This document shows, in pieces, positions 26,231-38,335 of a stretch of 64,000 nucleotides of DNA (the first letter of the stretch is position 1; each line of letters opens with the position of its first letter). Made by a program: the position numbers and the translations under genes. Below the pieces are notes generated by a model. That model did no database searches and was not told the origin of the DNA. It was given only the letters and a program-made list of their open reading frames with translations. This DNA is from Octopus vulgaris (lineage: Eukaryota): contig OX597824.1 of NCBI GenBank assembly GCA_951406725.2, forward strand, positions 24,552,001-24,616,000. The letters run 5' to 3'.

Positions 26231-26659
26231 GGATCTTTTCGGTTTGAACGGCAGTTTTTTTCTAGCGGTGTCATATGAAATTGTCACCCATAATTATGAC
26301 CCTAGTATCGATCTATTGCATTTCAATCTGTTTTAGGGTTAGGGTTAGTTAGGGGTGGGGGGAAGGGTATCTTTTTTATTCTTCAGAAATGTAAATAAAC
26401 CCAATCTGTTTCTTAAACGAGAGACATATTCATACGGCACCGAATGTTTTGTTTACCTCAATAGACGTCATTGATTAGTTGAAATTGCAGATATTGATGA
26501 TAAAAAACAACAAATATCTTACAAACTATAGAATTTTCTCAAAAAAAAAACAAGAGAAAAAGATGTTTTATAAACACATTCTACCAGTATACGAAGTTTA
26601 AAAGTGTTTAGTTACGTGGAAATTATTTTAAAAAACTGCCGTTCAAACCGAAAAGATCC
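26231..26659. mobile_element. Full-length 429-bp MITE, Merlin-like
   Basis: ~30-bp TIR GGATCTTTTCGGTTTGAACGGCAGTTTTTT; 8-bp TSD GAAAATGA; internal TTAGGGTTAGGG. Confidence 0.9.
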
Positions 26660-27255
26660 GAAAATGATGTTAGTCAACTTTAGAAATTCACCCAAGGCTT
26701 CATTCCTGTAGCGCCTGTCCTCTACAAAAATCGAACTCGCGTCACGCTACATTAGAACACTAAGACAGAACCTTAATGGGCCTGCTCCCTTTAACATCAT
26801 GCCAAGACACACGAGGAAAGAAAAAGAGCTCGTAATATTCAAATGTTTCCAAGACAACAAATTCCAGATAAACCATCTGCGTCCGGATATATCTCTCCAA
26901 ACATAGGTGCCTAAACTGTTTCCTTTGATGTGCTATGGTCCCGTAATGATGAAACGTGATTAAATGTCTTCGCTTTTGATGTTGTTAAGTTAATCATGGC
27001 CTGCACCAATACTGGCCGAAACCTATCTAAGTATATAAGTACCTAAGTAACACAAACTATCTAAACTTCACTTAGACATGCGCAGAATCAAGGCGACTGA
27101 AACACACACAAAAAAAAAAAGTTGGAATACCGCCATTATTTATTTATTTAATTATTTATTTATTTATGTATTTATCTATTTATTTGTCAAAATGCCCGAT
27201 CCTGACAACGATCTCACATCACTATAGTACAATGGCAACCACAAAATTGACTTAC

Positions 27256-27337
27256 TTAGAACCGTCGTTACTGGACCAGACATCAGAAAATCACCTCGCC
27301 TCCGGTCGCGCAACATGTCACCCGGCCAGTCCAGCAT
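27256..27337 (-). CDS. Speculative first coding exon (MLDWPGDMLRDRRRGDFLMSGPVTTVL)
   Basis: GC-rich unique stretch; ATG at 27337, open to a consensus GTAAGT donor at 27255; no recognisable homology. Confidence 0.2.
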
Positions 27338-27605
27338 TGCTCGCTCGCTCTCTCGTACGTCCCAACATCATTCATTTTCGAGGCCGGTCCAGTCGGCAAG
27401 TAGGTTATTAAAGACACCTCTGCCCATTTTGAATTCTGTGGCCACCGTCCTGCTGTTTCTATTGATGGAAACCCTTACGGAGATCTAAATGGCGAAATAC
27501 ACATCAGACAATGTAGGCCTAAATAAACTAACAGATGTGGTGGTCATGTTTAAAATGCCTTATAAAAATGGTTCTCATTCTATTTTAGTTCACGACTTAA
27601 TAGAT

Positions 27606-28733
27606 ATTCGCTTCTGCTCGAGGCACAAGGCCCGAAATTTTGGGGCAGGAAGACAGTCGATTGGGTCGACCTCAGTACGCAACTGGTACTTAATTTATCG
27701 ACCCCGAAAGGAGGAAAATTAAAGTCGACCTCGGTGGAATTTGAACTCAGAACGTAAAGATAGACGAAATACCTATTTCTATTTCTTTACTACCCACATG
27801 GGCCAAAAACACAGAGAGGACAAACGGATTAAGTCGATTATATCGATCTCAGTGCATAACTGGTACTTATTTAATCGACCCCGAAAGGATGAAAGGCAAA
27901 GTCGACTTCGGAGGAATTTGAACTCAGAACGTAGCGGCAGACGAAATACCTATTTCTTTATTACCCACAAGGGGCTAAACACAGAGAGGACAAACAAGGA
28001 CAGACAAACGGATTAAGTCGATTATATCGACCCTAGTGCGTAACTGGTACTTAATATATCGACCCCGAAAGGAGGAAAATTAAAGTCGACCTCGGTGGAA
28101 TTTGAACTCAGAACGTAAAGATAGACGAAATACCTATTTCTTTATTATCCACAAGGGGCTAAACACAGAGGGGACAAACAAGGACAGACATAGGTATTAA
28201 GTCGATTACATCGACCCTAGTGCGTAACTGGTACTTAATTTATCGACCCCGAAAGGATGAAAGGCAAAGTCGACCTCGGCGGAATTTGAACTCACAACGT
28301 AATGCAGACGAAATACCTATTTCTTTATTACCCACAAGGGGCTAAACACAGAGGGGACAAACAAGGACAGACATAGGTATTAAGTCGATTTCATCGACCC
28401 CAGTGCGTAACTGGTACTTAATTTATCGACCCCGAAAGGATGAAAGGCAAAGTCGACCTCGGCGGAATTTGAACTTAGAACGTAACGGCAGACGAAATAC
28501 CTATTTCTTTATTACCCACAAGGGGCTAAACACAGAGAGGACAAACAAGGACAGACATAGGTATTAAGTCGATTACATCGACCCCAGTGCGTAACTGGTA
28601 CTTAATTTATCGACCCCGAAAGGATGAAAGGCAAAGTCGACCTCGGCGAAATTTGAACTGAGAACGTAACGGCAGACGAAATACCGCTAAGCATTTCGCC
28701 CGGCGTTTCTAACGTTTCTGCCAGCTTGCCACC
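27606..28733 (-). mobile_element. SINE multimer: head plus 6 bodies; terminal body has the alternative tail
   Basis: Five junctions at the fixed site; single TSD TTCACGACTTAATAGAT at 27589-27605 and 28734-28750. Confidence 0.9.
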
Positions 28734-28849
28734 TTCACGACTTAATAGATGTTAATTCATTACTGACACACTAGAAATTAAATTAGTGACGTATTTCACA
28801 TGAAAAATTTTAGAGATGAAAATTAGAAAATTCACCGCGTATCAACATG

Positions 28850-29170
28850 GTGAAGATATGTGGCTTACTAGTTAGGGTGTTCAGCTCACGATTGTAAGTT
28901 CATGAGTTCGATTCCCGGCAGCGTGCTGTGTTCTTGAGCAAGACGCTTTATTTCACGTTAATCCAGTCCACTCAGCTGCCAAAAATAAGTAGTGTCTGTA
29001 TTTTAAAGGGCCAGCCTTGTCACATTCTATGTCACGCTGAATTTCTCTTAGAATTACGTGAAGGGTACGCGTGTTAGTGAAGTCTCAGCTACTTGCACGT
29101 TAAATTCAACCGCAGGCCGTTAATCGGATCAGCTGGAACTCTCGTCGTCGTAACCGACGAAATTCCAGTT
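28850..29170 (+). mobile_element. Diverged SINE (head 2, tail A)
   Basis: Reverse-complement homologue of 9058-9375. Confidence 0.75.
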
Positions 29171-29879
29171 AGTTATTCTATCAAGTTAATAAAATGGAAA
29201 TTTCTAGACATCATCTGACAAAGCATCAAGCTACTATGAGCACGTAGCAAGCACTATTCCAAATCTATGCTGACTATATGTCCATCGCCACTGTACAATC
29301 ATGTATCAAAGATTGAAAAAGTACTTTACAAGCTTCATAAAAGCCCCGGGGAACCACTTTCCACCAAGTGTTATAATTACATTTCTCATAATTCAACATT
29401 CACAATCGAAAATATTGAAATGGCAGCGTCAATGTTATTGTAGACACTTCTAAATCCATACCTCACGAGACTGCATTAAAAAAAATGTAAAACAAATTAG
29501 ACAACTGAAACTGTCAACCTAATAAAAACCCAGATCACACTCGTACATAATACACCAACACAACGTAACAACATAATACACCGACACAACATCAATATAC
29601 ATCATAAGACACAGAGTGGGAATAGAATTCAGTATCGAGGAAATAACAAAGGCAATAAACAACAATGATTTAACTCTTGAACGTCAAGGTTAAGTACAGT
29701 ACAATAATGCAATGTTTATCAGTTTGAATATGCTAGTGACACGTTCGAACTCGTAAACAAGCCATTCACTGTGTTTTGTTACGATGAAAATTTCTCGTTG
29801 TAGACAAATGGTGTAAATATACCTAGATCGGCTCGCAGTGCCGCCTACCCAGATTGTGAGATGCAAGCGTTTTGGAGTG

Positions 29880-30452
29880 ATTATCTCCTCTTCAGCCACA
29901 GAAATCTTGGGGGAGGACGTCAGTCGATTAGAACGATCTCCGCGCGCAACTGATACTAAATTTATCGACCCCGAAAGGATGAATGGCAAAGACGACCTCG
30001 GCGGAATTTGAACTGAAAACGTAGCGGCAGACGAAATACCTATTTCTTTACTACCCACAAGGGGCTAAACAGAGAGGGGACAAACAAGGACAGACAAACG
30101 AATTAAGTCGATTATATCGACCGCAGTGCGTAACTGGTACTTATTTAATAGACCCCGAAAGAATGAAAGGCAAAGTCGACCTCGGTGGAATTTGAACTGA
30201 AAACGTAGCGGCAGACGAAATACCTATTTCTTTACTACCCACAAGGGGCTAAACTCAGAGAGGACAAACAAGGACAGACAAACGAATTAAGTCGATTATA
30301 TCGACCGCAGTGCATAACTGGTACTTATTTAATCGACCCCGAAAGGATGACAGGCAAAGTGGACCTCGGCGGAACTTGAACTCAGAACGTAACGGCAGAC
30401 GAAATTACCGCTAAGCATTTCGTCCGGCGTGCAAACGATTCTGCCGGCTCGT
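29880..30452 (-). mobile_element. SINE multimer: head plus 3 bodies; terminal body has the alternative tail
   Basis: Junctions GAAATACC|TATTTC near 30040 and 30224. Confidence 0.9.
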
Positions 30453-30554
30453 TGTTTCAATAATGATAATGATGATTAATGACAGAGAATATAGAATCTG
30501 CAGGAAAGGCGATGAAAGAGAGTGTAAATGAAGACACGACCGTGTAGGTAAAGA

Positions 30555-30925
30555 GGAGGCGCAATGGCCCAGTGGTTGGGGCAGCGGACTCGCGGTTTCG
30601 ATTCCCAGACCGGGCATTGTGAGTGTTTATTGAGCGAAAACACCTAAAGCTCCACGAGGCTCCGGCAGGAGATGGTGGTGATCCCTGTTGTACTCTTTCA
30701 CCAAAACTTTCTCTCACTCTTACTTCCTGTTTCTGTTGTACCTGTTTTTTAAAGGGCCGGCCTTGTCACTCTCTGTGTCACGCTGAATATCCCCCTAGAA
30801 CTACGTTAAGGGTACACGTGTCTGTGGAGTACTCAGCCACTTACACGTTAATTTCACGAGCAGGCTGTTCCGTTGATTCGGATCAACCGGAACACTCATC
30901 GTCGTAACCGACGGAGTGCTTCCAT
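30555..30925 (+). mobile_element. tRNA-derived SINE (head 1, tail A)
   Basis: Homologous to 6468-6853. Confidence 0.85.
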
Positions 30926-31041
30926 ATAAGTAAAGTAGTGCATTGGGGCGTTAACCGAGTGTGGGAAAATGGCAAGAGCACGAACTGTGGTAGGGAATAA
31001 AAATTACAGGTTCTTGCTCAATAAATTAGCATGTATTAAAT

Positions 31042-31074
<33 letters not shown>

Positions 31075-31599
31075 CGATGATGATGATAAATATTGGGATC
31101 GATTTCTTCGACTAAACACGGACACAAAGACACACCTACATATATATACGTATGTACGTGCATACACATACATACACGCATACATACATACATACATACA
31201 TACATACATGCATACATGCATGCATGCATGCACACACACACATACATACATACATACATACACATACATACATACATGCATACATACACACACATACATA
31301 CATGCATGCATACATACATTCACACACATACATACATGCATACATGCATACATACATACATGCATGCACGCATACATACATACATGCATGCATGCATACA
31401 TACATACATACAAATATACATACATAAATACATACATACATACATACATGCATGCATGCATGCATACATACATGCATGCATACATACATACATACATACA
31501 TACATACATACATACATACATACATGCATGCATGCATGCATGCATACATACATGCATGCACGCATACATACATACATACATACATACATACATACATAC

Positions 31600-31845
31600 G
31601 TGGTGATGGTGTTCGACTCCTTATGCAGAGTTTGACCACCAACTATACCTACACCTTAAAACCATCATGGTATCTGATGTGCCTTTTTAAACCACAAAAT
31701 GTCTTGAAAATACACCCACATCGATTGCACCTCCAATTTGGACCACCAAGAGCTGCAGATAAGTTCTGATCTTTGTGGATCTTAAAATCACTTTTGAATC
31801 CTCTGTTAGATTTGAAAACCTTCTGCAATGCATTACATTGAAAGG
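31600..31845 (-). mobile_element. Probable RTE 3' end with two C2H2-like fingers (degraded)
   Basis: Encodes CNRCGCIFKTFCGLKRHIRYH; short UTR runs into (TATG)n. Confidence 0.55.
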
Positions 31846-31878
31846 TATGCACAGATATATAGACATACATACATACAT

Positions 31879-32628
31879 TATTATGGCTGCACCCTCGTTA
31901 TCGAGTATGGCTATTGCACGAAGCTTAACTGTTACTGGTGCTGTGATCGAATGTGACTTTTTAGCCCAGCTAAAGATCTACAATGTCTTGTACAGTATTG
32001 GCAACAAAAACCTTTGCCAGTAATAGCCGGCTGTAGTTGTAACTGAGCTTCATGTACCTTTGCATGTCGTTTAAGTCCTCCTGCCGAATTACACTCTCTT
32101 CCACATGCCCGACAGGTATGATTAGTATGGTGTGTTACACCACCACAAGTGGCCAGGTTGTCACTCATCTGTCTCGCTTTATGACTACGAAGATGACTCT
32201 TGAGTCCAGCTTTACTGAGGCAGGGTCTTGCACAGACATTGCATGTCAGCATCAAAGGAAGACCCTTCCCATCTGGAAGTGTAACAGCGATGCCCTTCCT
32301 GACATCCCTCCTTACTTTCTCATGTGCAACTCGAGATTTCTCAAAAGTGGCTGTCCCCTCGTGCACAATCCTTCTCCAACTGCTACTCTCAATAGCTTTG
32401 CCTTCCCATGTGTCAGGAGAGATGGAAGCATCTCTTAAGGATCGTGATCTTGAAATATTGGAAGGCTCTTGGTGTGAAAGTATAGAAGCTCTTGTGTTAA
32501 ACCAAAGGCTCAGATGGAGTGGTCATCTGGTCAGGATGAAGGATTCAAGGATGCCAAAACAATTCTTTTATGGAGAGTTAGCTAAAGGAGAACGACCTCC
32601 ACATAAACCAAAAAAGAGGTATAAGGAC
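31879..32628 (-). mobile_element. RTE-clade LINE 3' fragment with 5' inversion and three C2H2 fingers
   Basis: Minus 32438-31932 encodes LRDASISPDTWE...FEKSR plus 3 C2H2 fingers; plus 32444-32628 encodes RLRWSGHLVRMKDSRMPKQFFYGEL...KRYKD; 17-bp TSD GACATACATACATACAT. Confidence 0.85.
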
Positions 32629-33275
32629 ATACATACATACATACATTCATACATAAATAGCGGGCTTCCGCACAGTTTCTGTCATCCAAATTCACTTTCA
32701 AGAATTGGTCGGCAGTGGAAAACACTTAGCTAAGGTGTCACACAGAGACCGTATCATATATTAAGCGGATAAAAACAGGTGTTTGCACTTTTATCTTAGC
32801 CAAAAGCGCGGCTCACACGAGACAGGATTTCTCTATTAAATTTCTCTCTCTAATAGCATTGGCTAACCCAAGGAAAATGTAGAAAACTAAACCAATGTGT
32901 GTCACGCAAACGGGAACAAACAAACTCGAAGTCACGTGATTGTGAACCAAACTTCTTAACCAAGACAGCCGTAGGGAGTGAGTTAAAGAGAAATGAAGTG
33001 AAAGAGAGTGGAAAAGAGAGTGAGAGAGAAAGAAAGAAACAGAGAGGGATCGATATATATATTGTTTGCTTGTGCTTATATGCATGAGCATATATATCTA
33101 TGCATACATGCATTTTAGATGTTATTCTGCATACATACACGCACACACACATACATGCACACACACATATACACGCACACACACACACACATACACGTAT
33201 AGATAAATACGTACTTGTAATTAAATGTATGTATATATGTGTGTGTGTGTGTGTGCATACATATACGTACATCTG

Positions 33276-33362
<87 letters not shown>

Positions 33363-33395
33363 TTCCACACACATTCGTTCCGGCGACCTGACAAA

Positions 33396-33429
<34 letters not shown>

Positions 33430-33453
<24 letters not shown>

Positions 33454-33798
33454 TACATATAGAGATACATACATATATATAGATATATATGCATACATAC
33501 AGTTATTTATACATACATGGAAACATACATGTCCATACACACACACACACACACACATACATATATATACACACACACATACATATAGAGATACATACAT
33601 ATATATAGATATATATGCATACATACAGTTATTTATACATACATGGAAACATACATGTCCATACACACACACACACACACACACATACATATATATATAC
33701 ACACACATACATATAGAGATACATGCATATATATAGATATATATGCATACATACAGTTATTTATACATACATGGAAACATACATGTCCATACACACAC

Positions 33799-33867
<69 letters not shown>

Positions 33868-33960
33868 TACATATAGAGATACATACATATATATAGATAT
33901 ATATGCATACATACAGTTATTTATACATACATGGAAACATACATACATGTCCATACACAC
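33430..33960. repeat. ~126-160-bp higher-order microsatellite repeat, 4 copies
   Basis: AGTTATTTATACATACATGGAAAC at 33501, 33627, 33755 and 33915. Confidence 0.9.
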
Positions 33961-34789
33961 ACATATAAACTATATCTGCATAGATACATATATACGGTAT
34001 ACATAAATACATACATACATACATACATACATACATACATACATACATACATACATCAATACACACGTACGACTGTGTGCGTGATGTGCGTGTGTGTGCA
34101 TGTGTGTGTGTATGTGTGTATGTGTGTGTGTATGTGTGTGTATGTGTGTGCGTGTGTGTGTGTATGTGTGTGCGTGTATGTGTGTGCGTGTGTGTGTGTG
34201 CGTGTGTATGAGTGTGTGTGTGTATGTGTGTGTGTATGTGTGCGTGTATGTGTGTGTGTATGTGTGTGTGTGTATGTGTGTGTGTGTGAATCCTACAGAA
34301 AGGAACAACAATCTTAACGTCTTTTGCTCATTTAACACACACACACACACACACGTACACACACACACGCACACACACACACACTTCTCTTTTTCTCTCC
34401 CTCTCTTCCTTCCTTTCTTCTTTCTCTCCTCTCTCCTCTCTTCTCTCTTCTCTCTCCTCATTATCCACTTTACAAAAATCGTTTAGATCTATAAGGTAAT
34501 ACTTTGATCTGTTTTTATTATTTCAAGTTTTTCTTCTCTCTTTCATATCCAAAAAAAAGATGAAAGATGATTCTAATAAACACATCTATCGAACACTGCC
34601 ACCCACACGCACCCCCTTTCACCCCACCACGCCAAAAAAAAACCCCCATCACTATCCCCTCTATGTATTTATTATCTACTTATTTCATAATTTATTACAT
34701 TTATTTATATATTTATTTATTTATTTATTATTTATTGATTTATTATTGGTTATCAAGTTAGTATAGTTTTTTAGTATTATCATCAATAC

Positions 34790-34871
34790 AAATGCTGTTA
34801 CTGCTATTGCTATTGTTGTTGCTGTTGTTGTTCTTGTTGTTATTGTCATTCTGCTTCTTCTTCTTCTTCTT

Positions 34872-34942
<71 letters not shown>

Positions 34943-35834
34943 TACCATCATTATCATCACCGCCACCACCACCACCACCACCACCACCACCACCGCCGCC
35001 GCCGCCGCCGCCACCACTACCACCACCACGACCACCACGACCACTACGACCACCACGACCACCACCACTATCACGACCACCACGACCACCACGACCACCA
35101 CCACCACCACCGCCACCACCACCGCCATCACCACCACCACCACCACATAACCACCACCACCACCACCACCATCACCACCACCACCACCACCACCACCACC
35201 ACCACCACCACCACCACCACCACCACCACCACCACCACCACCACTACCACCACCATCACCACCACCACCACCACCACCACCACCACCACCACCACCACCA
35301 CCACCACCACCACCACCACCACCGCCACCACCACCGCCATCACCACCACCACCACATAACCACCACCACCACCACCACCACCACCACCACCACCACCACC
35401 ACCACCACCACCACCACCACCACCACCACCACCACCACCACCACCACCACCACCACTACCACCACCATCACCACCACCACCACCATCACCACCACCACCT
35501 CAACCACCACCACCACCACCACCACAACCACAACCACCACCACCACCAACATCAACATTATTATCTTCGACGTCGTCGTCGACATCATCGTCATCATCAT
35601 CATCATTATCACCACCACCACCACCACCACCATCATCATCAACATTATTATCAACCTCGACGTCATCGTCATCATCATCGTCATCATCACCAGCACCAAT
35701 ACCACCACCACCACCACCACCACGACCACCACCGTCGTCGTTATTGTTGCTGTGATTTTTTGTAGTAATGCTTATAACAGTGATGGTGATTGTGGTGGTG
35801 ACGGTGGTGATAGTGGAGGCGGTGGAGGGGCAAT

Positions 35835-35904
<70 letters not shown>

Positions 35905-35905
35905 G
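34790..35905. repeat. Compound trinucleotide tract (GTT, CTT, ATT, long CCA, TCA, ATA)
   Basis: Direct reading. Confidence 0.95.
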
Positions 35906-36177
35906 TAGAGGCGCAATGGCCTAGTGGTTAGGGCAGCGGACTCGCGGTCGCAGGATCGCGGTTTCGATTCTCAGACCGGGCGTTGTGTGTGTTTATTGAG
36001 CGAAAACACCTAAAAGCTCTACGAGGCTCCGGCAGGGGGTGGTGATCCCTGCTGTACTCTTTCACCACAATGGCGGTGCCCCAGCATGGCCACAGCTCAA
36101 GAGCTGAAACTGGAAAAACAAAAAAAAAAAAAAAAAAAAAAAAAAATAATGATAATAACAATAATAATAATAATAAC

Positions 36178-36244
<67 letters not shown>

Positions 36245-36380
36245 TATTATTATAAACATCGTTATTAATATCAATTTTTCATAATTTTGTCTATTATTTA
36301 TTGGTAGTTTTAGTATTGGTAATAAACACTTTCTTTAATCATTAAACCTATTATTCATTTATTATTATAATGATTGTTAA

Positions 36381-36411
<31 letters not shown>

Positions 36412-36611
36412 ATTAACATTGGTTTCAAGTTTTTGCACAAGGCCAGCAATTTCAGGGAGAGGATAAGTCTATTACATCATCCCCAATGCTCAGTTGAACC
36501 TCGGTGAAGTTTGAACTCAGAGCGAAAAATGTGGACGATATGCGGGTATACATTTCTCCCAGGCCTGGTAACCATCCTGCCAGCTCGCTGCCTTCAATAA
36601 TTATAATCATA

Positions 36612-36962
36612 TTGGTTTCTTATATATGCTTCAGAACCTCCCCTGACGGTATCGCTAGCCCGTCCATACATTTGATTTTGCGTCTCTTCAAGACTAACAC
36701 ACCACACTTTCTCAGTCCGAACTCCATTCTGATATCAGCACTGAAGGTATACGAGGGAACGGACTTGGGCTTCATCTTTATCATAAAGTTTGAGGTCATC
36801 CATGTATAACAAATGGTTGACTTTTTGTTGGCGGCTTTTTGCTTTCCTCAGAATGAGTGTTAGTACAAAGATCAGTGTGGACAGACAGTCCCCTTGGAAG
36901 ATGCCTTTCCTGATTTCTAATGTGGGATCATATTGTATGATTTATGATCCATGATATGGTTA
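36612..36962 (-). mobile_element. R4/Dong-like LINE reverse transcriptase fragment
   Basis: Encodes IRKGIFQGDCLS...VNHLLYMDDLKLY...DIRMEFGLRKCGVLVLKR. Confidence 0.85.
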
Positions 36963-36989
36963 GGTTAATTTTTCCTCGAGATGTGGTCC

Positions 36990-37740
36990 GCTTCCATATC
37001 TCATCCCAACTTATTTTCCTCTCAACAACATGTTCTATCCATCTCCTCATCTGTACTTGTTGAAGGCATCGCATCAAATCCTAGGGATTCCGGCCTTTTG
37101 AACAGATTCATCAACATATCCATTACTCTGTAAATATGTCACTGTTCTCCTCGACAGAATTCCCATAAAGATCTTGCCTTTCACATTCAATAAGGATATC
37201 AGCCTAAACTGTTTTATAGTCTCTGCATTGGTCTCCTTCGGCAGGACACCAATCTTCTACTAGAGTCTCTTCGCTTCACAGCTGTCGGTGTTGGAGAAAG
37301 AGCTTCTTTCGCAGACGATTGCAATATTTATAAACTTTTTATGAGACACCATCACCTCCTGGGGTACTCTTTGCTCTCGCTTTTCTTACGAAATCATTCG
37401 CCTCTCTTTCCCTGATGTCACCAATTTGGAATTCGATATCAGGTCTTGAGAGATGATTTAGCCCATGTAGAGGTGGCAGTGGTTGGTTACGGTGCGGATC
37501 GCTGTAGGTTTCTTTGACATTAAGCGTCCGAGTCTTCTTTCGTGCACGATAAAGAACCACTCTTCGGTTCAGTGAACAGCTTCTTAGTAAACCCGTACGG
37601 GTCCTGCAGAAACTGCCCCGAGTCCTTTTACTCTCCTTTCGACGCTCGTATCGGCGGATATGTCGTTGCATATAATGGCATTTCCTTTTCAAATCGTCAT
37701 ACAGCAGCGCGAGGCCAGGTTTTTCATCTTCTGTAGCACA
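36990..37740 (-). mobile_element. Hero-like (R2-group) LINE fragment, internally deleted
   Basis: Encodes DPYGFTKKLF...KETYSDP...VRKARAKSTPGGDGVS...PKE...QFRLISLLNVKGKIF...YVDESVQKAGIP, then jumps to VERKISWDEIWK. Confidence 0.75.
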
Positions 37741-38335
37741 TTTCCATCGCTTTCAACGGTTTATTTCTCACTGAAGAAGAGAAAGTCATTTTCCACGTCG
37801 TCTATAGTCAGCAGACAAAAGTTTTTATTAAAAAATATCAACCTGTCTAAAGTTTAAAGCAGGGAAGGCGCCATGACAGTCGTAACAGTTAAAGATATTT
37901 CTGCCTTGAATATTTTGTTTATCAAAGCGAAGAATTGACTTTTCCGAAGATTTTTCGAATAAATATTAATAACAAATGTGTAGGTGTTAATTCTTGAGAG
38001 CATAAATCGATCTTGTGGTCCAACACAGTAATGAGATGAGAGAGAGAAAACGGCACCAACAGAAAAACCACATATTCAACAACAACAAGAACAACAAGGA
38101 GAAGAACAACGACAACAACAACCAATACTAACATCAACAGTAGTGTTAACAACAACAAAATAAGAATAAATATAAGACGCAGGCATGGCTGTGTTTAAGA
38201 AGCTAGCTTTGTAACCGTGTGATTTTAGGTTCAGTCCTACTGCGCGGCATCTTGAGCAAGTGTTTTCTCTCACAGCCCCAGGTCGACCAATGCCGTGTGA
38301 GTGAGTTTGCTACACAAAGACTGTGTAGAAACCTG

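Noticed and set aside
27606-28733. CRISPR array or hammerhead retrozyme
   Set aside because: No unique spacers; no CUGANGA core on either strand of the 184-bp unit
31932-32366. Host C2H2 zinc-finger gene
   Set aside because: Contiguous with RTE C-terminal motifs and bounded by a TSD
34792-35931. 379-aa ORF with poly-Pro/His/Thr
   Set aside because: Pure trinucleotide microsatellite, open in several frames, no domain
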